Positions 28,984 through 38,547 of a stretch of 64,000 bases of DNA are shown piece by piece. The translations under genes were made by a program, and so were the position numbers. Position 1 is the stretch's first letter, and the number at the start of each line of letters is the position of its first letter. The notes beneath the pieces are model-generated. The model made no database searches. It was given only the letters and a program-made list of their open reading frames with translations, and was not told where the DNA came from. Origin of the DNA: Halorutilales archaeon Cl-col2-1 (GTDB lineage Archaea > Halobacteriota > Halobacteria > Halobacteriales > Afararchaeaceae); assembly GCA_041891055.1 (NCBI GenBank), contig CP169074.1, positions 640,001 to 704,000 on the forward strand, written 5' to 3'.

Positions 28984-29736
28984 ATGATAGAACACGAGAA
29001 GAGAGGCGACGCTTTCTGGATAACCATAGACCGTCCCGAGAAGATGAACTCGCTCGACCTCGAAGACTGGGAAGGTATCTCGGACGGGCTCGAAAAAGCG
29101 GAGGAAGAGGCGAGGGTCGCAGTCATAACCGGTGTGAACGACGTCTTCTGTGCGGGTGACGACATACAGGTTCTTGACGACCTCGACGACGCCGACGACG
29201 TCGAGAAGCTCGGCGAGATGCTCTTCGACGTTCTTCAGGGAATAGAGGAGACGGGAGTGCCTGTGATAGCCGCTGTCAACGGACTCGCATACGGTGGCGG
29301 ATTCGAGATAGTCGCGGCGTGTGACCTCGCAGTCGCGGCTCAGGGTGCTTCGTTCGCGCTCCCCGAGACACGTATAGGCGCGTATCCGCCCTACGCCGTC
29401 GAGAGGGTCGCCGAGATGGCGGGACGTAAGAGAACGATGGAGATGATACTCACGGGAGAGTCGATAGACGCCGAGACCGCCCTCGACTGGGGACTCGTCA
29501 ACCGCGTGGTTCAGAAAGACGAGATAGAGGAGACTGTCGACGAGTTCGTCGAAGCGATCTGTATGTCGCCCAAACGTTCGACTAAGATCGCTAAGAAGTA
29601 CGCCAACCAGCGGATCTCCGAGACGGGAGAAAAGGAGAGGATGCTCGGAGGCTTCGCACATCTGTTCATGTCGGAGGAGTCACAGGAAGGCGTCAGAGCC
29701 TTTGTGGAGGACAGGGAGCCGTCGTACAGGAAGTAG
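28984..29736 (+). CDS. Enoyl-CoA hydratase/isomerase family protein
   Basis: IDRPEKMNSL, FCAGDDI, AAVNGLAYGGGFE and PETRIG motifs. Confidence 0.88.
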   Translation: MIEHEKRGDAFWITIDRPEKMNSLDLEDWEGISDGLEKAEEEARVAVITGVNDVFCAGDDIQVLDDLDDADDVEKLGEMLFDVLQGIEETGVPVIAAVNGLAYGGGFEIVAACDLAVAAQGASFALPETRIGAYPPYAVERVAEMAGRKRTMEMILTGESIDAETALDWGLVNRVVQKDEIEETVDEFVEAICMSPKRSTKIAKKYANQRISETGEKERMLGGFAHLFMSEESQEGVRAFVEDREPSYRK

Positions 29737-29786
29737 CGATCGGCGTCCTTCGTGGGAAATAAGATTTCGGAGTTCGACGTCGAAGC

Positions 29787-30713
29787 ATGGAACTCAAAGA
29801 CTCGTCGGTGCTCGTAACGGGCGGAGCGGGATTCATAGGAAGCCATCTGATCGAACGTCTCCATCCGTCGAACCACGTCGAGGTCGTCGACAGCCTGAGT
29901 TCGGGGAACGCCGACTACCTCCCCGACGAGGTCAAGATACACGAGGTCGACCTACTTGACACAGACGCCCTCTCCGAGGTCATGAAGTCTGACTTCGACT
30001 TAGTGTTTCACTTAGCCGCGAACCCCGACGTCAGAAGCGGTGCGGAGAAGACGAGCCTCGACCTCGAACAGAACACGGTCGCGACTAACAACCTCCTTGA
30101 GTCGATGAAGGCAAACGGCGTCGACAAGATAGCGTTCACTTCGACGTCGACGGTATACGGCGAGGACGTTCCGATGCCGACTCCCGAGACGTACGGTCCT
30201 CTGAAGCCCATCTCGCTCTACGGAGCCTCGAAGCTGGGATGTGAGGGACTGTGTACGGCTTACGAGGGTAGCTTCGGATTCGACACGTGGATATTCAGGT
30301 TCGCTAACATAGTGGGTGAGAGAGGACACGGCGTAGTCCCCGACTTCGTCGAGAAGCTGGAGAACGATCCCGAGAGACTCGAAATACTCGGCGACGGCAG
30401 ACAGAGGAAGTCATACCTACACGTCTCCGACTGCGTAGACGCGATGGTACATGCGGTCGAGAACGCCGACGGTACTGTCTACAACATCGGAAGCCGTGAC
30501 ACCGTCTCTGTCACAGAGATCGCAGAGATAGTTAGTGAGGAGATGGGTCTCGATCCCGATTTCGAGTACACGGGTGGACGACGCGGCTGGACAGGCGACG
30601 TCCCTGAGATGAGACTTTCTGTCGAGAAGCTAATGGATACGGGATGGCAGCCCCAACACGACAGCGAGGAAAGCGTCAGAAAAGCTACGCGAGAGATCAG
30701 TTCTAGCCCCTGA
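29787..30713 (+). CDS. NAD-dependent epimerase/dehydratase (UDP-glucose 4-epimerase-like)
   Basis: VTGGAGFIGSH, STSTVYG, YGASK and RFANIVG motifs. Confidence 0.9.
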   Translation: MELKDSSVLVTGGAGFIGSHLIERLHPSNHVEVVDSLSSGNADYLPDEVKIHEVDLLDTDALSEVMKSDFDLVFHLAANPDVRSGAEKTSLDLEQNTVATNNLLESMKANGVDKIAFTSTSTVYGEDVPMPTPETYGPLKPISLYGASKLGCEGLCTAYEGSFGFDTWIFRFANIVGERGHGVVPDFVEKLENDPERLEILGDGRQRKSYLHVSDCVDAMVHAVENADGTVYNIGSRDTVSVTEIAEIVSEEMGLDPDFEYTGGRRGWTGDVPEMRLSVEKLMDTGWQPQHDSEESVRKATREISSSP

Positions 30714-31449
30714 GTCGTTCCTGTATTCCGACCTTGAGTACCGACTTGGCTATCTCAGCACCTCCTGAGAGGGGATCGAGCTTCGAGTCGCCCGCCCTCT
30801 CACGGTACTCTATGGGTATCTCACGCACATCGTAGCCTCTCATCACGGGTCTCATCAGAAGCTCAGCGGAGAGACCCGTGTTCTCTGTCCAGTCTACCGA
30901 CTCGACGACCTCACGTCTGTAGGCACGCATTCCCGTGGTGGTGTCGTGGACACGTCTTCCCATGAGGACTGTCGCTGTCAGTGCGAAGACGACGTTTCCG
31001 AGACGGTTCATCGACGGCATCGCGTCGGCACCGTGGTAGAGTCTGTCGCCGCTCACGACGTCGTATCCCGAGTTTATGGCTTCGAGAAACTCGGGTAGCT
31101 GTTCCATCGGGTAGGTGTCGTCACAGTCGGTCGTGACTATCACCTCCCTGTCGGGTGTGAGAACAGCCTCACGTACTGCGACCCCGTAGCCCTGGGGCTC
31201 CTGTTCTATCACCCTCGCCCCCTTCTCCCTCGCTATCTCCGGGGTCGCGTCGGAGGAGCCGTCGACACAGACCACCTCGGCTTTACCGTCGGTGACCTCA
31301 TGAATGTCGTCGAGAACCTTTCCGACAGCTTCCTCCTCGTTGTAAGTCCCCATTACGACGCTGACGTCTGTGAAGTCGTATCCGTCGTGGCTTTGGCTCG
31401 CTGTCTCGTCCTGTGTCTGAGTCTGAGTCGTGAGTGTCTGAGACGACAT
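30703..31449 (-). CDS. GT2 dolichyl-phosphate hexose transferase-like glycosyltransferase
   Basis: GTYNEE, VCVDGSSD, GYGVA, TTDCDDTYP (DxD), DTTTGMRAY and YRERAGDSKL motifs. Confidence 0.85.
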   Translation of the reverse strand: MSSQTLTTQTQTQDETASQSHDGYDFTDVSVVMGTYNEEEAVGKVLDDIHEVTDGKAEVVCVDGSSDATPEIAREKGARVIEQEPQGYGVAVREAVLTPDREVIVTTDCDDTYPMEQLPEFLEAINSGYDVVSGDRLYHGADAMPSMNRLGNVVFALTATVLMGRRVHDTTTGMRAYRREVVESVDWTENTGLSAELLMRPVMRGYDVREIPIEYRERAGDSKLDPLSGGAEIAKSVLKVGIQERLRG

Positions 31450-31487
31450 CTGTGTAGTCGTAGATGTGTCCCCGCCTACTTAACTTC

Positions 31488-31501
31488 TTAGGTTAACCTA
31501 A
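31488..31501. promoter_or_regulatory. Putative DtxR-family operator box TTAGGTTAACCTAA
   Basis: Perfect 14-bp palindrome about 40 bp upstream of the GT2 gene; one of four related boxes. Confidence 0.75.
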
Positions 31502-31504
31502 AAA

Positions 31505-33145
31505 TCAGAGGTACTCGTCTATGTGGTCGGCAGCCTTGAGCGAGAGGGCGGCTATCGTGAGGGTAGGGTTCATCGCGCCGCTCGTGACAAAGACGCTACT
31601 CCCGGCTATCCAGAGGTTGTCGAGGTCGTGTGTCCTCATACGCGGATTCACGACCGACTCGTCAGAGTCGGTTCCCATCCGTGTGGTTCCCATGTGGTGG
31701 TAAGCCGGACCCGTGTTCTCGGGACTGACCTGCCACGTCACCTCGGCTCCCATCTTGGAGAGTATCGCCTCCTGTACCGTGTTCGCACGACGTATAGAAC
31801 GTCTCGTGACCTCGTCTATCTCCCAGTTTATTTCGGGGACAGGATTGCCGTTGTGGTCGGTCTTCGAGGAGTCGAGTCCGACGTAGTTTTTCTTCCGGGG
31901 TCTCTGACCCACGAGACCGCCGACACCGACCGAGTTTCCGTACGAGTCCCTGAGATCCGAGAGGAGTGAGTCGCCCCAGTCGTCGGAGCTGAGCGCAGTC
32001 TCGACTGGGGAGGGTCCTGCGTAGTTGAGGAACTCGATCTTTATCGGAGTGAGAGACGACCTGTCTACGTCGGCGGAAGGGACGCCCTCGGTCGACTTAG
32101 CGGGTCTGTCGTAGAACTCGTGGCTCTCGCTCGTGATGAAGCCGACGTGGTTCTGGCGCGTCCTCTCGTCGAGTACGCCTCCCGTTCCCGCGAAGAGATG
32201 CTCCATGAAGTAACGTCCGACAGCGCCGCTGGAGTTACCGAGTCCGTCGGGGTACTTCTCCGACTTCGAGAGGAGAAGGAGACGCGGGTTCTCGATCCCT
32301 CCACACGCGACCACGAAGACACGTGCCTCCTGTCTGTGTCTCTCGCCGTCAGGGGTGACATAGACGACCGACTCGACTGAGTCGCCCGTGCGGTCGTGTT
32401 CGAGACGGACTGCGGTCGATCTGTCTATCACGCGCGCACCCTCCTCCTCCGCCTTTCTTACGTCACGGGTCGCGTCGTACTTGGCTCCCGAGGGACAGAC
32501 GGGGTCACAGGTGCCGTATCCGACACACGCTGGCTCGCCGTCGTACGACTCGGAGTTACGCGCGTTCGGAACTCGATGTACTCTGATACCGAGTTCGTCA
32601 CACGCCTCCTCGAAGAGGGAGTCGGAGTAAGACGGTTCGAAGCCCGGTAGGGGATACTCGTCGTCTCTAGGGGGTGCAAAGGGGTTGTCGCCGCTACCCG
32701 AGACTCCTAAACGTCTCTCCGCCTCGGCGTAGTAGGGCTTGAGGTCGTCGTAGCTCAGAGGCCAGTCCCTCGCGACTCCGTGTCTCGTCCGTGTCTCGAA
32801 GTCGGACTCGTGGAGACGCATCACCATTCCCTGCCAGTGAAGGGTCGATCCCCCGACAGCCTTGACACGTGTCGCGTTGAGAGGGTAAAAGAGGTCGCCC
32901 GACGAGGTGTAGGCGTCACGTTCGCCTCCCATCTCCCAGACTGAGAGGTCGTCGTGTCCGGGTCTTATCGACCTCTCCATCCTCTCGTCCCTGTCTCGCG
33001 GGTCGAACCTCTTTCCGGCTTCGAGAACGGCCGTCTCGTGTCCTCTCTCTGAGAGCTCGTGAGCTATCAGTGCACCCGCAGGACCCGATCCTATTACACA
33101 GACGTCGACCCTCTCCGACGGCGTCCTGTCGGTCTCCTCAGACAT
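31505..33145 (-). CDS. GMC-family FAD oxidoreductase (gluconate/glucoside dehydrogenase large-subunit-like)
   Basis: IGSGPAG, VGGSTLHW, Cys cluster CVGYGTCDPVCP, HHMGTTRMG and NPTLTIAAL; start at 33145. Confidence 0.9.
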   Translation of the reverse strand: MSEETDRTPSERVDVCVIGSGPAGALIAHELSERGHETAVLEAGKRFDPRDRDERMERSIRPGHDDLSVWEMGGERDAYTSSGDLFYPLNATRVKAVGGSTLHWQGMVMRLHESDFETRTRHGVARDWPLSYDDLKPYYAEAERRLGVSGSGDNPFAPPRDDEYPLPGFEPSYSDSLFEEACDELGIRVHRVPNARNSESYDGEPACVGYGTCDPVCPSGAKYDATRDVRKAEEEGARVIDRSTAVRLEHDRTGDSVESVVYVTPDGERHRQEARVFVVACGGIENPRLLLLSKSEKYPDGLGNSSGAVGRYFMEHLFAGTGGVLDERTRQNHVGFITSESHEFYDRPAKSTEGVPSADVDRSSLTPIKIEFLNYAGPSPVETALSSDDWGDSLLSDLRDSYGNSVGVGGLVGQRPRKKNYVGLDSSKTDHNGNPVPEINWEIDEVTRRSIRRANTVQEAILSKMGAEVTWQVSPENTGPAYHHMGTTRMGTDSDESVVNPRMRTHDLDNLWIAGSSVFVTSGAMNPTLTIAALSLKAADHIDEYL

Positions 33146-33677
33146 CTGGACCCCTCGTGTAACTCGAAGTACCGCCCGGATGTCCCTGTGGGTTCTCAAG
33201 ACCCACTAGCTCGCCTCCCGTAGGTGTGGTGTAGAGGGCAAAGAGTAGCTCGTTTACGACGTGGTACCTCACCGCCTCGACTCCTGATCCCTCGGGGTCT
33301 GGGTCAGCCGTGTCCGCGCCCATCGCCCTGAGAGCCTCGTCCCTCTCGTCGCGGCTAAGGTCGGCGAACCGGTCACCGTACCACGACTCAGCGTACTTGT
33401 CGAGATAGGCGACCGCATCAGAGAGGCGTTCGGCACGGTCGGGCGAGTCGTGTGCCCGGCTGAGAACGTACGAACTCACGAACTCCTCGGTCTCGTCGGC
33501 TTCGAGTTCGGAGGGGTAGACAGTCTGGGCGGCGGCGACGAATACTTCGACCTCTTCGTCGGTGAGGGGTTTTGTCCCCTGATCGGATTCCTCGGACTCC
33601 TCGACAACGACTAAAGACGCGCCTCCGACACCGACGGCAGCAAGCGCAGCCATCAGGTCACGTCTCGTGAGCTTCAT
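33138..33677 (-). CDS. Gluconate 2-dehydrogenase subunit-3-family protein with Tat signal
   Basis: MKLTRRDL twin-arginine; F.DLS..ERD and LY..P.G...G..N..G.PGG motifs; overlaps the GMC gene. Confidence 0.8.
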   Translation of the reverse strand: MKLTRRDLMAALAAVGVGGASLVVVEESEESDQGTKPLTDEEVEVFVAAAQTVYPSELEADETEEFVSSYVLSRAHDSPDRAERLSDAVAYLDKYAESWYGDRFADLSRDERDEALRAMGADTADPDPEGSGVEAVRYHVVNELLFALYTTPTGGELVGLENPQGHPGGTSSYTRGPDV

Positions 33678-35695
33678 ACTTCCCCCTCGGTTTCGGCGTG
33701 AAGGTCGGTTCTGACGAAGACGCCTTCGGGAGACGACTCTGGGACATAGGCTCCGCCGTAGCCGTCACACAGACGTACGTCGTCACAGTACTTCTTCCGA
33801 GGTGTGAGTCCACGTACTCCCGTCTCAGACTCGACAGGTAGTGAGAGACGGTACTCGAAGCTGTTCCCGAAGCCCTGGTCTACGAAGACTACGACTTCGA
33901 CGGTCGAGGAGTCTCCGAGTTCGACAGAGACGTTTTGAGTTGAACCGGAGCTCGAGACAGACCTAAGACGAACCTCGTCCCGTGTCACGCCGAGACTGAG
34001 ATTCACTGACTCCGACCCTGAGGCGTCGGGGAAGGTCACGAACTCGGTTCCCTCGTCGGTCGTTACGGTCGCTGTGATCTCGTCGTCTTCATCGGGGTCG
34101 GGAATCCCGAGAGTAGCGTCGAGGCTGAGACGGCTGCCCTCAACGTGTTCGATCTCTTCGAGACGCGCTGTCTCGGGAGAGCCGTCACCGGGCGACCAGA
34201 CGCCGCGGTACGAGTACCTGTAGAGAGTCCTGTCGGGGTACTCGTCGACAAGATCGAAGGGTCTGTCGTCGATCACATAGATGGCGTCGCCGTCGTAGTC
34301 GGGACTGTTCCGGAGGTACTGGAAGGGATGAGCCAGCCAGTCGCCGTACGGGTCAGGAAGAAACACGACCGCGTTCTCGAAAGACGTCTCCTCGAAGGGC
34401 TCGTAGACATCGGAGTAGGTTCGTGTAACCTCGGCGTTCCGGGAGATCTTCTCCTCCGCCTCGACGGCTGTGACGCCACCGAAGACCGCCGCCGACAGAA
34501 GCACGACGGCTGTGATACCTCGTGTGCTCACGCCTGTCCTGAGACGTCTGTAGAGACCCACCGCACCCGCCGACGCGAACGCCGCGGTCGGAACCAGGAG
34601 GTCGAAGTGGTAGTAGGGTCCGAAGAACGAGACTAAGCCGTCGCCCGCGGCGTCGAGGTCTCCGAGTATGTTGAAGTTGCCCCAGAAGTAGAGGTTTCCA
34701 GCGATCACCGAGACGAAGATGCCTGCGACGGTCGCCTTACGTCGGTCGATCCCGTCGTCGAAGGCAACGAGTAGACCGACTACTGCGAGGAGCCCTCCTA
34801 AGACGCCGCCCGCGATCCAGTCGGTGAAGAAGAGCCTCACAGCCTCGTAGTTCGACCTGAGGGCGAGTTCGGGCGTGTATACTATCTCGTGGCTGAGTAT
34901 ACGCCGTCTCCCGAATCCGATCCCGTCGAGCGGAGCGAACTCAAGGTAGGGAAATCCAAGAGGCGATCCCGTCATAACGGCGTTGTAGGCGACTGTGGCG
35001 GCGACTCCCGAGAGTCCGAGGACGGCGGTGGCTGTCTGTCTCGGGACTGCGACCCGCGGCTCGGAGTAGACTGTGTAGACGGCATGGACTATGAAGGGGG
35101 CTGCGAACAGAACCGCTGTGTAGGGACGTGCGAAGAAAGACAGACCGACTCCGACGCCGGCTAACGAAGCCCATCTGAGGTCGTTGAGACGGTCGGCTCG
35201 GAGGTACGAGTAAGCGAATACGAGGTTAAGGAGGGTCGTCGGCGCGTAAGGCAGGAAGACAGACGCGTCGACGATAAAGATGGGTGAGGCACCGACGAAG
35301 ACTGCCGCGAGGACTCCTGTTACGGAGTCGAACGCCTCACGTACCGTCGCAGAGACAAGTACGAGGACTCCGACAGAGACGCCGACAAGAGAGAGACGGT
35401 ATCCGCCGAGTAGCTCTCCGAGACTGAAGATTACCGCCGGGACGGGCGAGTACTTGGGGTAGAGACCGTCGTCGCCTTCGACGAAGAACCACGGCCGGAA
35501 GACACCCTCGACAGGTGGTTTAAGCCTCAGCTTTCCATCGAGGAGCATCGAAGCGTGGTGGAGATAGACCCCTTCGTCGTGGTTGAGAGAGTGGTACGCG
35601 AAGACGTCGGTAGAGACGGTCCAGACTACAATGCCCCCGAAGACGGCGACTAAGGCTGTGGCTATGGCTGTACGTTGACTTTGTTCGGTTTCCAT
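33674..35695 (-). CDS. GT-C (ArnT/PMT-like) integral membrane glycosyltransferase
   Basis: NHDEGVY acidic motif after TM1, about 11 TMs, FFARPYTA, C-terminal extracellular domain. Confidence 0.8.
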   Translation of the reverse strand: METEQSQRTAIATALVAVFGGIVVWTVSTDVFAYHSLNHDEGVYLHHASMLLDGKLRLKPPVEGVFRPWFFVEGDDGLYPKYSPVPAVIFSLGELLGGYRLSLVGVSVGVLVLVSATVREAFDSVTGVLAAVFVGASPIFIVDASVFLPYAPTTLLNLVFAYSYLRADRLNDLRWASLAGVGVGLSFFARPYTAVLFAAPFIVHAVYTVYSEPRVAVPRQTATAVLGLSGVAATVAYNAVMTGSPLGFPYLEFAPLDGIGFGRRRILSHEIVYTPELALRSNYEAVRLFFTDWIAGGVLGGLLAVVGLLVAFDDGIDRRKATVAGIFVSVIAGNLYFWGNFNILGDLDAAGDGLVSFFGPYYHFDLLVPTAAFASAGAVGLYRRLRTGVSTRGITAVVLLSAAVFGGVTAVEAEEKISRNAEVTRTYSDVYEPFEETSFENAVVFLPDPYGDWLAHPFQYLRNSPDYDGDAIYVIDDRPFDLVDEYPDRTLYRYSYRGVWSPGDGSPETARLEEIEHVEGSRLSLDATLGIPDPDEDDEITATVTTDEGTEFVTFPDASGSESVNLSLGVTRDEVRLRSVSSSGSTQNVSVELGDSSTVEVVVFVDQGFGNSFEYRLSLPVESETGVRGLTPRKKYCDDVRLCDGYGGAYVPESSPEGVFVRTDLHAETEGEV

Positions 35696-35724
35696 CGTCT
35701 ACCTCGTACTCGTAACCACGTGGT

Positions 35725-37341
35725 TCACCCGTCACCCTCCTGTGATATTATCACGACCATCGAGAGTCCCGAGACTGCGACCAGGACGAAGGCGGGGACG
35801 GCTGCCTGGCTGTAGAGTCCCGCTTCCTCGACCCGCCAGATGTAGGTCACGAGAGTGTCAAAACCCATGGGTCGGAGTACGAGTGTCGCGGGGAGTTCCT
35901 TCATAGTCGTGAGGAAGACTAGTGCCGCTCCCGTGGCTATTCCGGGGAGTACAAGCGGGAGTGTCACTGATCTGAACGCCTCGAGACGCGAGCTTCCGAG
36001 TGTGCGTGCCGCTTCGACTAGCTCAGTGTCGACCTGTAACGTCGAGGCACGTACAGAGCCTATCGCCTGTGGTGTGAAACGGACGACGTAGGCGAAGACT
36101 AAGAGGGGTACCGTCTTGTAGAGCGACGGCAAGACGTCGAGGCTGAATCCCACGAGGGCGATCGCTAGGACGATACCTGGGGTTGCGTATCCGACATACG
36201 GAATCCGGTCGGCTACGAAAGCCAGCTTTGAGTCGGAGACCGCCGACCTGAGGGCTATCGGGAACGCAACTACGACCGAAGCAACGGCGGCTAAGAGGGA
36301 TACATAGACCGAGTTCCAGCCGTACTCCCACGAGAACGACATCGTACCCGTGGCGTAGCCCGGCTGGTTGGTGAAGAGCCACGACCCGAATATAACAACG
36401 GGAAGGAGGACAGCCGCAAGTCCCACCACAGCTGGGAATACGACCGCGGGATACTGCCATCTTCCGAGGAGGTTGAGGCTTCCGACTCCACGTCTCCCAC
36501 GGCTCTCGTATGCCTTAGATTCGTCGACCCCTATACGTGATTCGATCATGAGTATGAGTGCGGTAATGCCGACGAGCTGGAGAGACAGGAGAGCGGCGTA
36601 GTCGCGCATGAATGCGTTGTAACGCGCGTATATGAACTGGGTAAAGACCTCAACGCGCATTATGTTCGGGGTTCCGAAGTCGGAGAGTGTGTAGAGAGCG
36701 ACGAGGAGAGCACCCGCTGTTATTCCCGGGGTTATCTGGGGGAGTATGACACGTCTGAACGACTCCCATCTGCCACAGTTGAGGCTCCGCGCCGCCTCGA
36801 ACAGCGACGCGTCGAGCGAGAGGAGAGACGCACGTGTCGTGAGAAAGACATACGGGTAGGTATACAGAGTCAGAACCACCGCGGCACCTGCGAAGCCGTA
36901 TATCTCGGGTAGTCTCTCGACGCCGAGAGGAGCAAGAACGTCAGCGAGAGTTCCACGAGGACCGAAAGCCGAGACGACAGCGAAAGCCCCGAGGTAGCTG
37001 GGTATTGCGAGCGGGAGAGCCGCAATTACCGTCCACGCCCGTCTGAGAGGTACGTCCTGTACGGTGAGGACGGCGAGAGGAACTCCTATGACGACGCTCG
37101 CTCCGGTGACCACGGCGACTAAGCCGACGCTTCTCACAAGAACCTCCAGTGTCGTTGAGTCAGTGAGAAGATCGAGGGATTCGGCTCCGAGACCCAGTAC
37201 ACCGACGAAGAGCCAGCTAAGCGGGAAGACAAGTAGGAGTGCGAGCACGAGACCCACGAGGGTCATGCCTGTACCGAGGGCGTCCGTGGTGTCACCGGGG
37301 AGCCTCTCCCGCGCCGTACCGATCAGCCTGTCAATGTTCAT
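35725..37341 (-). CDS. Fe3+ ABC transporter permease (FbpB type)
   Basis: Two EAA motifs (EAARSL, EAARTLG), LSDFGTP and KELPATL. Confidence 0.88.
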   Translation of the reverse strand: MNIDRLIGTARERLPGDTTDALGTGMTLVGLVLALLLVFPLSWLFVGVLGLGAESLDLLTDSTTLEVLVRSVGLVAVVTGASVVIGVPLAVLTVQDVPLRRAWTVIAALPLAIPSYLGAFAVVSAFGPRGTLADVLAPLGVERLPEIYGFAGAAVVLTLYTYPYVFLTTRASLLSLDASLFEAARSLNCGRWESFRRVILPQITPGITAGALLVALYTLSDFGTPNIMRVEVFTQFIYARYNAFMRDYAALLSLQLVGITALILMIESRIGVDESKAYESRGRRGVGSLNLLGRWQYPAVVFPAVVGLAAVLLPVVIFGSWLFTNQPGYATGTMSFSWEYGWNSVYVSLLAAVASVVVAFPIALRSAVSDSKLAFVADRIPYVGYATPGIVLAIALVGFSLDVLPSLYKTVPLLVFAYVVRFTPQAIGSVRASTLQVDTELVEAARTLGSSRLEAFRSVTLPLVLPGIATGAALVFLTTMKELPATLVLRPMGFDTLVTYIWRVEEAGLYSQAAVPAFVLVAVSGLSMVVIISQEGDG

Positions 37342-37348
37342 ACTCGTC

Positions 37349-38524
37349 CTATCCCGAAACTCCGGCTTCCCTCATGAGTTCGAGCGTGGGTTCAAGGTCG
37401 GAGAGCTCGGCTAGGTCGATCTCCGGAGGACTAAGCTCGTCGACAGTCGGCAGGTCTCCAACAGGCTCGACGCCCTCTATCATGGGGTAAGCGAAGCTCA
37501 CGGTAGTGAAGAACTCCTGAGCCTCCGAGGAGAGGAGATGGCGGACGAAGTTGTTGACGAGTTCGCCCTTCTGGGTTCCCTTTATACGTAAAGCCCCCGC
37601 GACGTTGACGAGAGCCCCAGCGTCACCCTGTGTGAACGCGAGATCTATGGGTGCGTCGGGTCTCTGGTTCTTGACCCTCATGGCGTAGTAATGGTTGGCG
37701 AATCCGGCGTCTAAGGCTCCGTCGGCGACCTGCTGTGAGACGACGTACTCGTTCGAGAAACGCTGTGTGCCCGCCTCACGCATCGAGACGAGCCAGTCAC
37801 GTGTGGCTTCACGTCCTTCGAGTATTCTCATCGCTGTCACGAACGACTGGAAGGCTCCGTAGGTAGGTGCCCATCCCATGCTTCCCCTGAGCGCCTCTGT
37901 TTCAGGGAACTCCTGAACCTTGTCGGGAATATCGTCCTCACTCAGACGGTTGGTGTTGTACGGTATGCTCCTCGCACGTCCCGCGACACCCACCCAGGCG
38001 TTGTCGGAGCCTCTGAAGCTCTCGGGAACCGGACTTACAACCTCGTCGCCGAGTGGCTCGTAGGCGTCGTTGTTAGCCACGTAGCTCAGGGAGCTAGCGT
38101 CGATAGACCAGAAGACGTCAGCCTGTGGAGCACCCCTGTTGACCTCGTTGACTACCGTCTGCGCGAGCGACGCAGAGCCCGCCGAGCTCGGTAGAACCTC
38201 GAAGTTGGGGTAGATCTCCTGTAACATATCGACGAACTCCATGTAGATACCTCCCTCTCCACCGCCTATGTAGAGGTTTAGTGTGCCTTCTAAGTCGGGG
38301 AGATCCTGTATCGAAGTACCTCCCGGCGCGGGACGTCCCTCGGCTAGGGCTCCCGATCCCCTGAAGCTACTCAGGGAGGGTATCTCGACCTCGTCCGTCG
38401 AGCCTGATCCCGACTCGTTTTGACTCCCACCACCCGTCAGACCCGCACATCCCGCGAGACCCGTCATAGAACCCGCACCCAAGACCTTCAGAACACGCCG
38501 TCTCGTGTAGCTGTCGTCGTCCAT
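37349..38524 (-). CDS. Fe3+ ABC transporter substrate-binding Tat lipoprotein (FbpA/FutA type)
   Basis: TRRRVL and LAGC lipobox; ADVFW, R...YNT and NHYY tyrosine pair. Start at 38524. Confidence 0.85.
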   Translation of the reverse strand: MDDDSYTRRRVLKVLGAGSMTGLAGCAGLTGGGSQNESGSGSTDEVEIPSLSSFRGSGALAEGRPAPGGTSIQDLPDLEGTLNLYIGGGEGGIYMEFVDMLQEIYPNFEVLPSSAGSASLAQTVVNEVNRGAPQADVFWSIDASSLSYVANNDAYEPLGDEVVSPVPESFRGSDNAWVGVAGRARSIPYNTNRLSEDDIPDKVQEFPETEALRGSMGWAPTYGAFQSFVTAMRILEGREATRDWLVSMREAGTQRFSNEYVVSQQVADGALDAGFANHYYAMRVKNQRPDAPIDLAFTQGDAGALVNVAGALRIKGTQKGELVNNFVRHLLSSEAQEFFTTVSFAYPMIEGVEPVGDLPTVDELSPPEIDLAELSDLEPTLELMREAGVSG

Positions 38525-38528
38525 ACTT

Positions 38529-38542
38529 TTAGGTTCACCTAA
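38529..38542. promoter_or_regulatory. Putative DtxR-family operator box TTAGGTTCACCTAA
   Basis: Palindrome 4 bp upstream of the Fe-binding protein ATG. Confidence 0.75.
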
Positions 38543-38547
38543 ACACA

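Noticed and set aside
29756-29768. GAAAT-AAG-ATTTC as another member of the mini-hairpin family
   Set aside because: The stem is only 5 bp, it lacks the C-G closing pair and is solitary, so it could be chance.
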